Of a stretch of DNA of 64,000 bases, positions 12,901-24,421 are shown in pieces (position 1 is the first letter of the stretch; each line of letters begins with the position of its first letter). Location of the stretch: NCBI GenBank assembly GCA_040954595.2, contig CM082576.2:6327129-6391128 (forward strand), in the 5' to 3' direction. The notes below the pieces were generated by a model that worked only from the letters and a program-made list of their open reading frames with translations, had not been told where the DNA came from and did not search any database. The position numbers and the translations under genes were made by a program. Origin of the DNA: Balanoglossus misakiensis (Eukaryota > Animalia > Hemichordata).

Positions 12901-13578
12901 AATAAAATCTCTATCGGTTAGTTGTGGCTGTAGGCTGGAACTAGTACATGGTGTCAAAAGATTCCTTTGATTATTCAACCTATGATTGTTCAACTTATGT
13001 TGAGCAACTACCATGACAACGAACGCCATGGATCAGTCTGCTGTTTTGACAAGAAGTTGCCCACGTGCAATCGATCGTCATCCGCGGAAACGTCAAACGA
13101 GTGGATGCAATACTTACAAGTGGTCACGTCAGTCCGCACAGTTCCTCAGACACAGCGCAATTAATTGAACCTAAGATAAATGCAAAAGTTTGTGTGTGTA
13201 CCTTGGTGTCATCGAAGCTTAGCGCAATATTTCCGAGATCTAATTCATCAGTAAACCCCTTAACCAGCCATAACTTTTCAGAAGAGTCAAAGGTCAACGG
13301 TCAAAGGCCGAGTTTGACAGAGGGCGCACTTTAGCAAGGCAAAGAAGAATCCCTTGCGAAAAACGGGTTACAAGTGATATGCCGAACCACATATTATTGT
13401 TTCCGCGGGTTAATAGGTTCACATAAAACTTCATTAAGTAATTGCAAGGTAAATCATTGTGTACGTGAATATTCATCCGAAGAACTGTGAAGAGAAGGTA
13501 GTGACACGACGAGAAGTGGAGAACAGGTACATGTATACAGTACAAATCCTCCACAGGCTCTGTATACAAATCACCCAG

Positions 13579-13637
13579 TAGCTCTGCGTGGCAGGGCTCA
13601 TGTGTTTCAAGAGACACAGCCCTGCCACGCAGAGCTA
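13579..13637. repeat. 59-bp hairpin, probable miniature inverted-repeat element
   Basis: Perfect 20-bp arms TAGCTCTGCGTGGCAGGGCT (13579-13598) / AGCCCTGCCACGCAGAGCTA (13618-13637), TA at both ends, partly paired spacer. Confidence 0.8.
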
Positions 13638-13930
13638 GTATTTCAGTATCACAGGATTCAGAGATACATACATGTAATAATGGTCGCCATCATTGAAACG
13701 CGGCCTGTCACTTATGATCTGAGTTTGGGCAGCTGTTGTGACACTTCTGATAATCTGTATCATTGTTCTGTTGAAATAACTGATGGGAGTAGAAGTCATT
13801 TTTTTTGCTCTTTTTTGACAGAAACAATGTTCACAGGATTGTACTTTAAGTTTGTTCCTGTAGGACATCCATCCACCATGCTTTGAGCTTCTCGCCAGTT
13901 CTGACGCTGATTTCCACTTTTGTCCACAGA

Positions 13931-15295
13931 ATGGCCAGCTCATCATCTAGTTGCATCCGCCATGACCATTCATCGTACACTGTGACTGAACCCCCTACTT
14001 CGGATAAAGAGGATGAAGTTAGCGGGGCCACCCGAACTGCCGACCCCAATGACTTCCTGACACAGATTGGCAATTATTGGAACAACGCGGAACTGAGCGA
14101 CCTCATCCTGAAAGTCGGAGATCAGCGCTACCACGCACACAAACTCATCCTGGTCAGCAGCAGCGACGTCTTCCGCACCATGCTAACCGGCAACAACTGG
14201 GCCGAGAGCACGACGCAAGAGATCGATCTAGAAGAGGACTTCTACTGCGAGCCGGTCTTTCCCAATTTCTTGAAGTTCCTCTACACCAATCGCATTTTCA
14301 TATCAGATGACATTGTCATTCCCCTGAGAACACTGGCTGATAAGTACATGGTTCACAGGCTCTCGAAGCTGTGCATCGAGTACATGTGCAGTGAACTGAA
14401 CTGTGACAATGTTATAGGCTGGGATAAATACGCCTCAAAGTTTACTTTGACCAGGCTGTCCGAGGAGTGCTTAATTTTCCTGCAGCAAAACATAGACCTC
14501 CTCATAGATTCGAAGAAATTTCTCAACCTGGATATCGATCAGTTTGTCAGGATCCTGAAGTCCTCAAATGTGCACATACCAGATGAGTATACGCTGTTCA
14601 AAAGCATAAAAGACTGGGCGTTTGCCTATGATCGATCGTGTTCCTCGGAAGATATCAAGTCCAACATTGGTATCCTTTTGCCCCTAGTTCGCTATCCGAT
14701 GATGACAGGGGAACAGTTAGATGCCATTGAGAAAGATGAAGCGATTAACGCCTGCTATCCGGGCCTGAGAGACGAGATCAATAGCAGTTACAAATTTCAC
14801 GCAACTGCCATAACCAATCGCAGCTGGTCGATGAGCAAGACCACACCGAGGCAGTACTACCAGGGGTTCTCGTGCAAATTCACTCTGCCAAACTACTCCA
14901 AGAGACACGTTGACAACAACAGATACGTCAAAGTGTTTCCCGCATACTCCTCAAACGGTCCGGCTAGGGTGTTGAACTGGGATTGGTTTGTGTCAGTTGC
15001 CATGGGAGGGAGGACGGACCGTCTCGGGGCAAATAACAAAGAGCCCGTCTTGGAAGTGTCCAATCCTGGACCCGAGCATGAGGACAGATCAGCGTGTCTC
15101 ATGGCCGTGTTTTACGGCAAGAGAAACGGCAGCATGTTCAAAAAGGTCCATCACACTACAGAGTTGACGGTCACCGATTACAATTTCCACCACATCAAAC
15201 TGTTCACTTCTCTCCCTCCCGAATTCATCGTCAATAACACAGTCACCTTTCATGTTGTAATCACTCCAACAGAGAAGATATACATTAAATGTTGA
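13931..15295 (+). CDS. BTB/POZ-BACK protein (BTBD17-like) paralog 1, single coding exon
   Basis: ATG 13931 just after acceptor ttgtccacag; BTB (ELSDLILKVGDQRYHAHKLILVSSSDVFRTML...LADKY), BACK (FLQQNIDLL...DEYTLF...VRYPMMT), and a beta-rich C-terminal domain ending FIVNNTVTFHVVITP. Confidence 0.92.
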   Translation: MASSSSSCIRHDHSSYTVTEPPTSDKEDEVSGATRTADPNDFLTQIGNYWNNAELSDLILKVGDQRYHAHKLILVSSSDVFRTMLTGNNWAESTTQEIDLEEDFYCEPVFPNFLKFLYTNRIFISDDIVIPLRTLADKYMVHRLSKLCIEYMCSELNCDNVIGWDKYASKFTLTRLSEECLIFLQQNIDLLIDSKKFLNLDIDQFVRILKSSNVHIPDEYTLFKSIKDWAFAYDRSCSSEDIKSNIGILLPLVRYPMMTGEQLDAIEKDEAINACYPGLRDEINSSYKFHATAITNRSWSMSKTTPRQYYQGFSCKFTLPNYSKRHVDNNRYVKVFPAYSSNGPARVLNWDWFVSVAMGGRTDRLGANNKEPVLEVSNPGPEHEDRSACLMAVFYGKRNGSMFKKVHHTTELTVTDYNFHHIKLFTSLPPEFIVNNTVTFHVVITPTEKIYIKC

Positions 15296-15828
15296 CCAGT
15301 ACTTTCTTGAAGGTACACAGTAGGCAAAAAGTAGAATTCGGTTTTAACGCTCGTGTCAGAATGAGTTTTTTTAGATGCATGAATTTACTATGGTCAGTTC
15401 AAATAAATTACATTTAAAACTGCTGTTTTTAGGCAATCTTTTTAATATTTAAACCATACATGATAGTGTAGAATTGACCATGCGGGCATTACTGTATTAA
15501 TATTGCATGGAACTATTTATAAACAGAAACAGCAGTACCGGTAATTAGTCATATTTACTCGTTATACGAGTTCCTCCTGTCAGCGAAATCTAAATGTGTA
15601 TTCAAGAGTTATGTAATTGTACTTTGGTGTGAAAAAACAATAGATACGGTATTAGTAGCTGCAGGTAGTATTTTATTCAATTTGACAATTTTGTAATGAG
15701 CAAGTGAATTTTGCTGTTCCTGAGTTAAAAGTAAGCATTGCCAAATCTTACTTTCACAAAGATGTTCAATGTAAATATTTATGGCCTTTCTTTAGTGTGA
15801 TCATTCTCAGGATATTTCTTAGTGCTGT

Positions 15829-16658
15829 CACGGTTACTAGAAGAAGACGGTTAGGAAACTCTATTGTTCGGAAGGTGTGAACGAGGTGTTAGCTAGGAGA
15901 GTCCATGTCCGAACTGCTATGTGGGGTTGTATTGGGGAACGTAGCTAATTTTTGAACCCCTTCATCTGCCCTTTTTCGTCAGAGTACAGCGCCACTTTTT
16001 TTTGTACGAGTTCCATATAGGCTTATGGAGTGCACGGTCATAGTCTGTTGGGCTTGCGACACTCTACCATTGTTTCTTGGGTGGTTAACTTAAAATCCGG
16101 ATTCAAATAGCGTCGAATTTTGAACCCCTAGAATTCAACCCTGATGGTCGCATTTCTGTTTTGTTTTAATATATTTAGATATTTTACACCTTTTGTATTG
16201 CATGGGCTATTTCGTTTATTCCAATTGGAATATTTCGTTGAGATTCATTGCATACCCATTTCGATACAGTCGTTAATTTAACATTATCGATATAGCCTTT
16301 GGCGGCCATCTTGTTTGTTTTGGTTCGCATCGAATCTCTAGGGCACAGTCAAGACAAAGAATGTATGGCTTCATCATGTCCTTGAAAGTTCAAAATTGTC
16401 ATAAATGTGTTGTGACTTTATAAATTATCCATCCTCTGTTCTGTTTTCTTCAATTCTGGTGGTCTACGTACTGTGCGTGCAAGCAATTCCGTAAACACGA
16501 GTATGGTTTGCTTTGGATTGTGGGGGAATGACGTCATTATTCGTACGGCCAGGCTCGTTAGCACCTGATATCTTTCGTTTACACTAAGTGTTTACCGAGG
16601 CGGGCATCTAACAATGGAGAAAAAATAGTTTCCTAACCGTCTTCTTCTAGTAACTGTG
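15829..16658. mobile_element. Non-autonomous DNA transposon, P-element-like, 830 bp
   Basis: 32-bp TIRs CAC(G/A)GTTACTAGAAGAAGACGGTTAGGAAACT (15829-15860 / 16627-16658, one mismatch), 7-bp direct repeat GTGCTGT at 15822-15828 and 16659-16665. CANRG termini with a 7-8 bp TSD fit the P superfamily. No transposase ORF. Confidence 0.85.
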
Positions 16659-17500
16659 GTGCTGTAAACTTGACAATAAAATACATTTTGAATCTACATT
16701 TTTTTTATTAAAGTGGACAACTGACAAGTGCCAAGCTGATTTTCTTATATTTTTAAAGACTGATTTGTGGTTCTGTACACTTTTGTTCATAGTTTGACTA
16801 TTTTATTTTGTATCCCAAGTTGTCATGAAGCATTGGGCTTAGGAGTTGCTGTGGAAATGTTGAATTTTTATAATAAAAGAAAGACAGGTGTTAGAAATTT
16901 CTTTCACTAAGGTCATCAAAGGCAGACTCTTGTTTTATTTTACTGTAATGCACACTATAAGATACATGTACATGTATGATATAATTCTGGAAAACATGAG
17001 CGAGTTGTACTTATCAGTTAATCAGGATCAGATTATTTCAAAGCATATATATAAATGAGCCATTATTTTCACATTGATTTTACAATGTGGAAATCTCATC
17101 AGTTTTCAGGCTTTGATTGAAATCAGTAAGTACTTCACAGGTTTGCAGGAAAAAAAAGAATAATCATATATGGAGATAATTTGCATAGGTCTGAGTACTG
17201 TTGGTATAATTATTTTAATTGCCTGGTTTTTCTATCTTCCAGTATTCACTAAAACTGTCAGTACCTGGCTGAAATTAAAAAAAAGAAAGAAAAGCAGAAC
17301 ATTATATATAGTACACAACAGCCACTGAATATATCACAAACTAAATATGCATGAACATGAACCAAAATCAATAGAAATATAATCATTTCACCCCATTGCC
17401 TGTATATAAATTCTGGTCATTAAGAGTCACAGGACTGAACCAAAGAAAATTGTCCTGAAGTCGGTGAAACTGAAGTACCTGACAATGCGCGATTAAAAGA

Positions 17501-20500
17501 TTAAAATTGAGTATCATCATGATCTTCAATTGGCTTCTTCAGGGACAGGTCCATATCATCTGTGCTGGTAGCAAATGCACTGTCAATGTCGACAGGATTT
17601 GCGAATCCCCTCAGGGTGCCATCATCTTCCTCATCCAAAATCCCAGCAGAGGTGTACATGGGGTTGTACTTGGTGGCTATTTCCGATCCATCACTCTGTG
17701 GTCAAACGGTAGACACATCACTTTCATTAGAATATTTCGGAAGGGGGAAACATGTATATCACATGCCCCCATTTGACCATGTGTGTCACTATGTCACTAC
17801 AGTACCTGACTTGCATGTTTACCAAAGTATAAAGAGATCAGAGTGACTCCTGATATTCAAAAAATGACAAATTGCCTGAAAATACCAAATTGCAGATTTT
17901 AGACAGAACATGAACAAACGACACAATACTGACCTTTGGAGGAGTGTCGTACATCGGATTATCAAAACCACGCAACACTGCAGCCGGATCAGTTGGGTGG
18001 TTGATGAACTCGGCTGAACTAAGTTCCATTTCTGCTGACAGTGGTAGACTTTTGGGCCATTTTCCACATCGCCTAAAACAAGCAAATTATAATATGTGCA
18101 TTTGCTCCGCCATAAGATAATGAAAGTCTGAATGAGTGAGGTCTGATTCTTAGTATTGCCGCATGTAGCATTGCCTTCTTGCTTGATAATATAGCCTAGA
18201 TACTTTCACACTTACCCTTGTCTGTAGATCAATGCTATCACCAAAATTATGGCCAGCACAACCAGAATGGCAATCACGATACCTGCAATCATTGCAGTCT
18301 CCAGTGGTCTGGCACCTGTGAAGTGAATTACACAGAACACCTACTGGTAATTACAGTTCAGTCGTGCCATACATTGTTTTGGAGTAATTATTCTGTTGTT
18401 TGTAATTCTCAGCATGCAGTGCATTTGTATGATCTGAAACAAACCTGTTTGAGAACCGGTGCCGCCTTCAGATGTTGTTGATGTTACATTAGTTACGCCA
18501 TATGCAGCCATATCTGTAAGAAATCATGGTGAAATACGAATAAAAATGTGCAGCTATGGTGATTCTGCTCATTAGAAACCACCATCTTCCTTATTTTGTT
18601 CATCTATTGATTAAATTTTTCTTTGAACTTTTAACAATGAAACCAACCATCCTGTCACAGTCTCAAGAGCTTCCAATGTGGAATTCTACACATAGAAACA
18701 AGTATCGTACATATTTTTTTTTCTATAGAAAGAAACGTAAACTTACGTTGCACTATGTCTTGCTTGAGAGCTTTGCACATGCTTTCTGCTTTTTTCCCGT
18801 CATGATCATCTGAGGCGACAAACTGAATTTTACCTTCACTTGTCTTTGATGTGGATGACCTGACCTCATCATAGGCACCCTGACAACAAATTCACAATGA
18901 ATAAGAATTGATTTTTCTAGATTTCTAAAATTTCACCAGTAGGACAAACTTTTTCTACTTTTTTTGTTGGCAGACAGCAAAGACCTAAACCTTCTGGCAT
19001 ATATCTATCTCGATACCATTTGTATTACATCAGCTCAACTTCAACACATCTAGTTTGTTCTTAACTGTAGCAAGCATGAGATTTAAAAACAGTGAAGTAT
19101 ACCTTGTTTTCATAGTTATTGCGTATCATATTCTTGAAGGTTTCCAGGTTGAATCTTTCATTGTACAGCATAGTCAATGTACAACCTAAAAAAAAAATTA
19201 AGTCATGGTCGATGTACAGCCTCAAAATTAACAAACAAATCATGTAACTGGGGCAGGCCACTGGGAAAATGTAAGTACTGTAAAATGGTTGGGGAAACAC
19301 AGTTAATATTTCCTTGCTTTTACCAAACTTACCAAAGCAATAAATTTTTGTGACTTATTCAGTTGAAAGACACCTACCACAGATCTGACAGCAGCCGTCC
19401 ATTGGAATGATAGCATTCTTACAGATAGGTTCAAAGCACTGGACATTCTGACAGATTCTGTCTTTAATCTGCGGATGGATGACAGAATGTGAATAAACAT
19501 GAGTAGCTGCCCTACTTATATATTATAGCAACTAATGACAGAATGGTAACTAAACCATATGTACTATTGAAGTAAAAAATGTTAGTTTGTGAATAAAATT
19601 TCACATTTACCTGGCGATCAGTTTGACAAGGACATCCAGAACTGTCCAGACATCCTTTCACAGACACACTGGGAGTTCGACCCAGAGTACCGAATGTAAA
19701 CTGCTGCTTACCATCTTCACTCTCAAGAAAAGTCTTAAAATCACTTGTACCGTAACTCTGAAGAAAATCAAATGGAAAAGAAAAGTCATTATCACAGACC
19801 AATGCATTATTTCATCAATCCCTTTTCTCATAGCTAATGTATGTAAGGATAATAATAATCTCACAATTCAACCAACACACCTGACCAGCAAATGTCAGTG
19901 ATGACAACGAGATATCCTTGTCAAGCTGTACGTAGTAACGACTGCCACCTGGAAATACGACATCATCGTATGAACAAGGCACCATTTCAGTCTCCAGAAG
20001 CACACTACTCGCAGGATCTATCCAGTTGACGGGGTCAAACCAATCCTTGGCATCAGAACGGATAAACTCCACATCTGTATAAAACAAATATTGAAAACTC
20101 TACATGAGTTCTAGTGGTGTCTAGTCTAGTGGTGAGCAAATCTAATGGTCCGAGGTCCGGGACCATTGATTTGTTTGCCACGGACCACTGGCTTTTAACA
20201 TCATGGTAGTGGTTTGTTTGACAAAGTTACAATTCTGAACTCTCACAAAAAATGAATAATTATTCTGTGTGTATGGTTTGCTAAGAAATAACAACTACGC
20301 AAATACTTTGGGCAATAAGCATCACCCACCTTCCCCTTGGCATGATGGATCCTGATCAGAGTCAGAGAAACTCATAACCATGTCACTTGGCAATGTGACC
20401 ACACCATTCATTGGTAGGACAACTTCTCTCATGGTGCTGTTGCTTTGCAGGAAGACAGACACAAAGGAATCATCCTGGGGGAAAAAGCATGCCAGAAAGA

Positions 20501-21356
20501 TTAATACAAATCCTTGGCAAGAGAACAAATGGTTTGATAAAAGTGTCACCCCATGGCATCATTTGACAAACTCTGTACAGTAAAAATATGTCTCCAAAGT
20601 TATCATCGGTAATGAAAGTTTGTAATATACATACCGAACCAGAAAGTTTGACTCTGTCGTTTGAGCAGGGAAGACGTTTTACATTCCAATTGTCTGGGTT
20701 ATCATAATTAACATTAGGTAACCATTCCTTGGTAGATGCATCAGAATACCCTAAAATTAAAAAAAAAAGGTTGAATGTGTCAACAATGATGACATAATTA
20801 TTTTGAGGTTCCTCATATACTAACTCTGTAGAATAGATATCTTAGTGTTACGGGTGAAAGGTTATCTTTGTCGTTAACTTTTGTGAATGCTCGTTTTTAC
20901 GATCTGTAAAAGTTTTAACGATCGCTCTGCATATGTAACTAACATGGTCGTCAAATAGTACGCCCCTCGACCTCGTCATTCAGTGGAAATTCATGCAAAC
21001 CATGAACGATTTCTTCGACTTCGGGTCAGGTTTACAATACTCTTGCACTTTCCCCTTCAATGTAAATTGCCATGCAATGATGCGTACCCAGTGACAAGGA
21101 AGGAATCGTATGCATGATGGCACAACTCAATGTGCCGATGTTATCCCCCCCCCCCGAGGGCAACTCAGGTAAAGCCTTGAAACATACATAACCAAATGTT
21201 TACATTTACAGTACAGTGTACACAACCAACTTCACAAGTAACATTTCGATTTACCGATCACTGATCAGCGATCCACCAAGAGAAACAACTAATATTTCAT
21301 CTGCTGACGAACTTACCTGTAATAAAAACGACGAATAGAAACAACTTCAAGTACAT
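17501..21356 (-). CDS. AMN: Protein amnionless (cubilin co-receptor), multi-exon
   Basis: Signal peptide exon MYLKLFLFVVFIT (21317-21356); KEWLPNVNYDNPDNWNVKRLPCSND; VVLPMNG; WFDPVNW...VPCSYDDVVFP; Cys-rich ICQNVQCFEPICKNAIIPMDGCCQICG; TM IAGIVIAILVVLAIILVIALIY; tail with FDNPMY and YNPMY; stop TAA 17501-17503. Confidence 0.92.
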
Positions 21357-22897
21357 TTTGGACACTGCAAAACTCAACAAGAGAGCAGAAGTTGACAGAG
21401 GTTCTCCCACCCCAGACACCGGTGAGCTGTGAGCTGAGAAGTAAGTACAAGACGTGTTCACTTTCTTGAATGTAATTTGCTATCATTCCGCCAACAAACA
21501 CTTTCACTTAGTTCCTTCTTCTACCAATAGTTCACTTTTGAAGCGATTATAACTTTCAAAATAAAGTTATAAATCAAACACATTATATTACACTATCGGA
21601 AAACACTGCAGAAAAAATTACTTTACCTAAAACTGAGGAACTACATTATTGTGAGTGTAATCCAGCGGAAGAAAGGTGAAGTTGTAAAGATTTGCCACGC
21701 CCAGTGTCCCCGAAAGTTCGAACAACAATGCGCCGTCGGGGTTGGAGAGAGAAAGAGAAAGGGAGAGAGCATAAACACTAAATAGATCGAGAAATAAAAT
21801 GGACATTTCGAAATGGAACAGGCTCTTTGTGTTTTTGCTTTCTGACAGGATCCGGGCGCTGGGTAACGGAACCCTGTCGTGACAACCTGTTGGATCAAAA
21901 TTTAGGATTTTAGGCCTAAACCGCCTATGCTTTTACGCGCTTTCGTTTGACATTTTCCATTTACTTATCTCCGGACATAGGGACCGTGGTTTGATTAAAT
22001 TATTATTTATTATTATTTCCTCGAGATAGACATGATCATTCGTATTTACGTTTGTCGATATTCCGTAGTTTACGCAGGTTGGAACGCGCCCCCTGTACTC
22101 TTCAGTTTGGAATTACAAGGATTAGGTGCACACCCCCTGTTTATGCAAATGTAACGAAATATAAACACAACCTCACGGGGTACGAAGGGAACGAACGCAC
22201 AGAGCTCAAAAGCGTTACCCGTGTGCGGTGTCAGGGAAGCGTGGCCTGAAACCATCTGCTGCAGTTAAAAGGTAGGATTTTGCACTGTATGTGTAGTATC
22301 CACAGCTCAAAATGCGTCGTCTATCAGCAGATGAAAAAGGAGAATGCCATACATTACAAGCGTAGTAATGGCGTCCTACATTGATCATCTCTGAGTTACT
22401 CTCATCATCAATCTTCGTCATCCGGGTCTGTAAACATATCCGGAGGCACAACTTTTTTTGCTCCCGGGGTGGGGGCTTTTTGAGCAAGGGATGTGCTTGA
22501 AAATGGTTTATCAAGCAAGACTTTGTCGTGTGTTCATGGGAGGTTTATTTGATTTGCTTGATCACATATTAATATCTGGCCATTCTTAATTTTATCATCA
22601 ACACCTCGAAAGATCAATCTGATTAAAATCAGATGTAGGGTATGGTGACCTCTTTTACTTTACGCGGTATGTACAGTATTTTTTATGCTGTTGCACCGTG
22701 CAGTGCAAGTAAAAGACGTTGCTGTACCTCGCATCTGATTTTAATCGGATTGATCTAGATTAGAAAAAGCAATTTTGGCAAATAATGTTATAAACGTAGT
22801 TATGGTTTTCTGATCAGTGTGAATTGATGTAAATTTGTTCTTTGTAATTTATTTACAATATTCTTGTTTGCAGAATTGCTGGCACCACCATTTCATT

Positions 22898-24421
22898 ATG
22901 GCATTCGCTCCATCAACGGTGCCACTGTCACCTTTGTATGCCAACGTGTCGAACCACGACGACTCCGCTTTCAACTACGCGCAGGTTCCACCGCATGCGG
23001 AAGTTGCGCCATGCTCCCAGCGACAGCCGCAGTGCCTGCAGTCGGTGATACACGACAAGAACGAGGCAACCGTGGGAGAGTACATCAACAACAGCGGCAA
23101 GCTCCTGTTGAGCCTGCGCAGTCTGTTCAACAACCCGGAAATCAGCGACATCACCGTGGTTGTCGGCGCGAAAAAGTACCACGCGCACAGGGTGATCCTG
23201 GCGCACGCCAGCGAGGTGTTCAAAGTGATGTTGATGAGCGACAAATGGAAAGACGCCGATCAGGATGAAATCCACCTGGAAGAGCCGCAGTGCGAGCCGG
23301 TCATCGGCGAGTTTTTAGAATACATCTACACCGGGAAAGTTCACATAACCACTGAGAAAGCTGTGCCGCTCTTGATACTTGCTGACAAGTACGATCTGCC
23401 CGAACTTAAGGAGTCGTGCGGTACCTTCATGATGAGGCACCTGGTCACGTCACCTGGCACCAACCACGTGTTGTCCTGGTACCAGTACGCCAAGACTTGC
23501 GGTCACCGCGACTTGGAGGAGAGCTGTAACCAGTTCATCGAGTGGAACATCGACACGATCATCGGCTCGCCCGATTGGGAGATGATGGACAAAGACCACC
23601 TCATGTCGTTGCTCAGGAGTTCGGATATCGTTGTCAAGAACGAATACTCTCTGTACTGCGCCTTGGAGTCGTGGCTGATTCACTCCAGTCGCGTTGAATA
23701 CTTGGAGGAGAATCTGAAGGATCTTCTGCCACTGATCCGTTTCCCGGTGATGACGCCTCAGCAGCTGATAACTCTAGAGGGCCACGAGATGGTGCAGGAA
23801 CACCCGGGCATTTACGAGAAGCATTTCAAACGGGCGTTCCGATTTCACGCCGTGCCCATAGAACTGAGGAAGGAAGAGAACTTCTCTCGCTCGAGGGTGT
23901 ACGAGTTCCGCAACTACACAGGCGCGGAGCACAAGATAGCCGCCAGCATAATCATACAGAACTACTCCTCGACGTCGGGAAATCTGAACCGCGTTCGCCA
24001 CAAGCAGTCCGTGCACACGGTGATCAGTGGCTCCAACGCCGACAGCCACGATGCACTGCACTGGGAGATGACTTTCTACCCAAAGGGGTTCTATCGGACC
24101 GCTGATGGCTTTGTCGTTGAGAGGAACAATGCCGTGAGATTTCTCGTCACGTTGCAGAATGGAAAGCTGATGGACATGGACATCATCCACATTGTTTACA
24201 GTCATCAGAACAAGGTCACTTTTGTCAAAGATGTCCTGTGTCATACCCATCACTTTGGCTCCTCTAACACCTTCCAAATTGAGAACCTGCTGCCGTTTGA
24301 TGATTTGAGAATTCAAGACTCCCCGTACTTGATTGAAAATACACTGAAAATTCAAGTCGTTATAAAACCCAAAATAGCAGTCTTGTCTGAGATTGTTCAA
24401 AATTCCACTGAGAATTCATAA
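22898..24421 (+). CDS. BTB/POZ-BACK protein (BTBD17-like) paralog 2, single coding exon
   Basis: ATG 22898 after acceptor at 22873; NNPEISDITVVVGAKKYHAHRVIL...LADKY, IRFPVMT, C-terminal HWEMTFYPKG...YLIENTLKIQVVIKP. Confidence 0.93.
   Translation: MAFAPSTVPLSPLYANVSNHDDSAFNYAQVPPHAEVAPCSQRQPQCLQSVIHDKNEATVGEYINNSGKLLLSLRSLFNNPEISDITVVVGAKKYHAHRVILAHASEVFKVMLMSDKWKDADQDEIHLEEPQCEPVIGEFLEYIYTGKVHITTEKAVPLLILADKYDLPELKESCGTFMMRHLVTSPGTNHVLSWYQYAKTCGHRDLEESCNQFIEWNIDTIIGSPDWEMMDKDHLMSLLRSSDIVVKNEYSLYCALESWLIHSSRVEYLEENLKDLLPLIRFPVMTPQQLITLEGHEMVQEHPGIYEKHFKRAFRFHAVPIELRKEENFSRSRVYEFRNYTGAEHKIAASIIIQNYSSTSGNLNRVRHKQSVHTVISGSNADSHDALHWEMTFYPKGFYRTADGFVVERNNAVRFLVTLQNGKLMDMDIIHIVYSHQNKVTFVKDVLCHTHHFGSSNTFQIENLLPFDDLRIQDSPYLIENTLKIQVVIKPKIAVLSEIVQNSTENS

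Noticed and set aside
23774-24400. 208-aa antisense ORF (likewise 37920-38564, 214 aa)
   Set aside because: Shadow ORFs opposite GC-rich BTB coding exons; no recognisable motifs.
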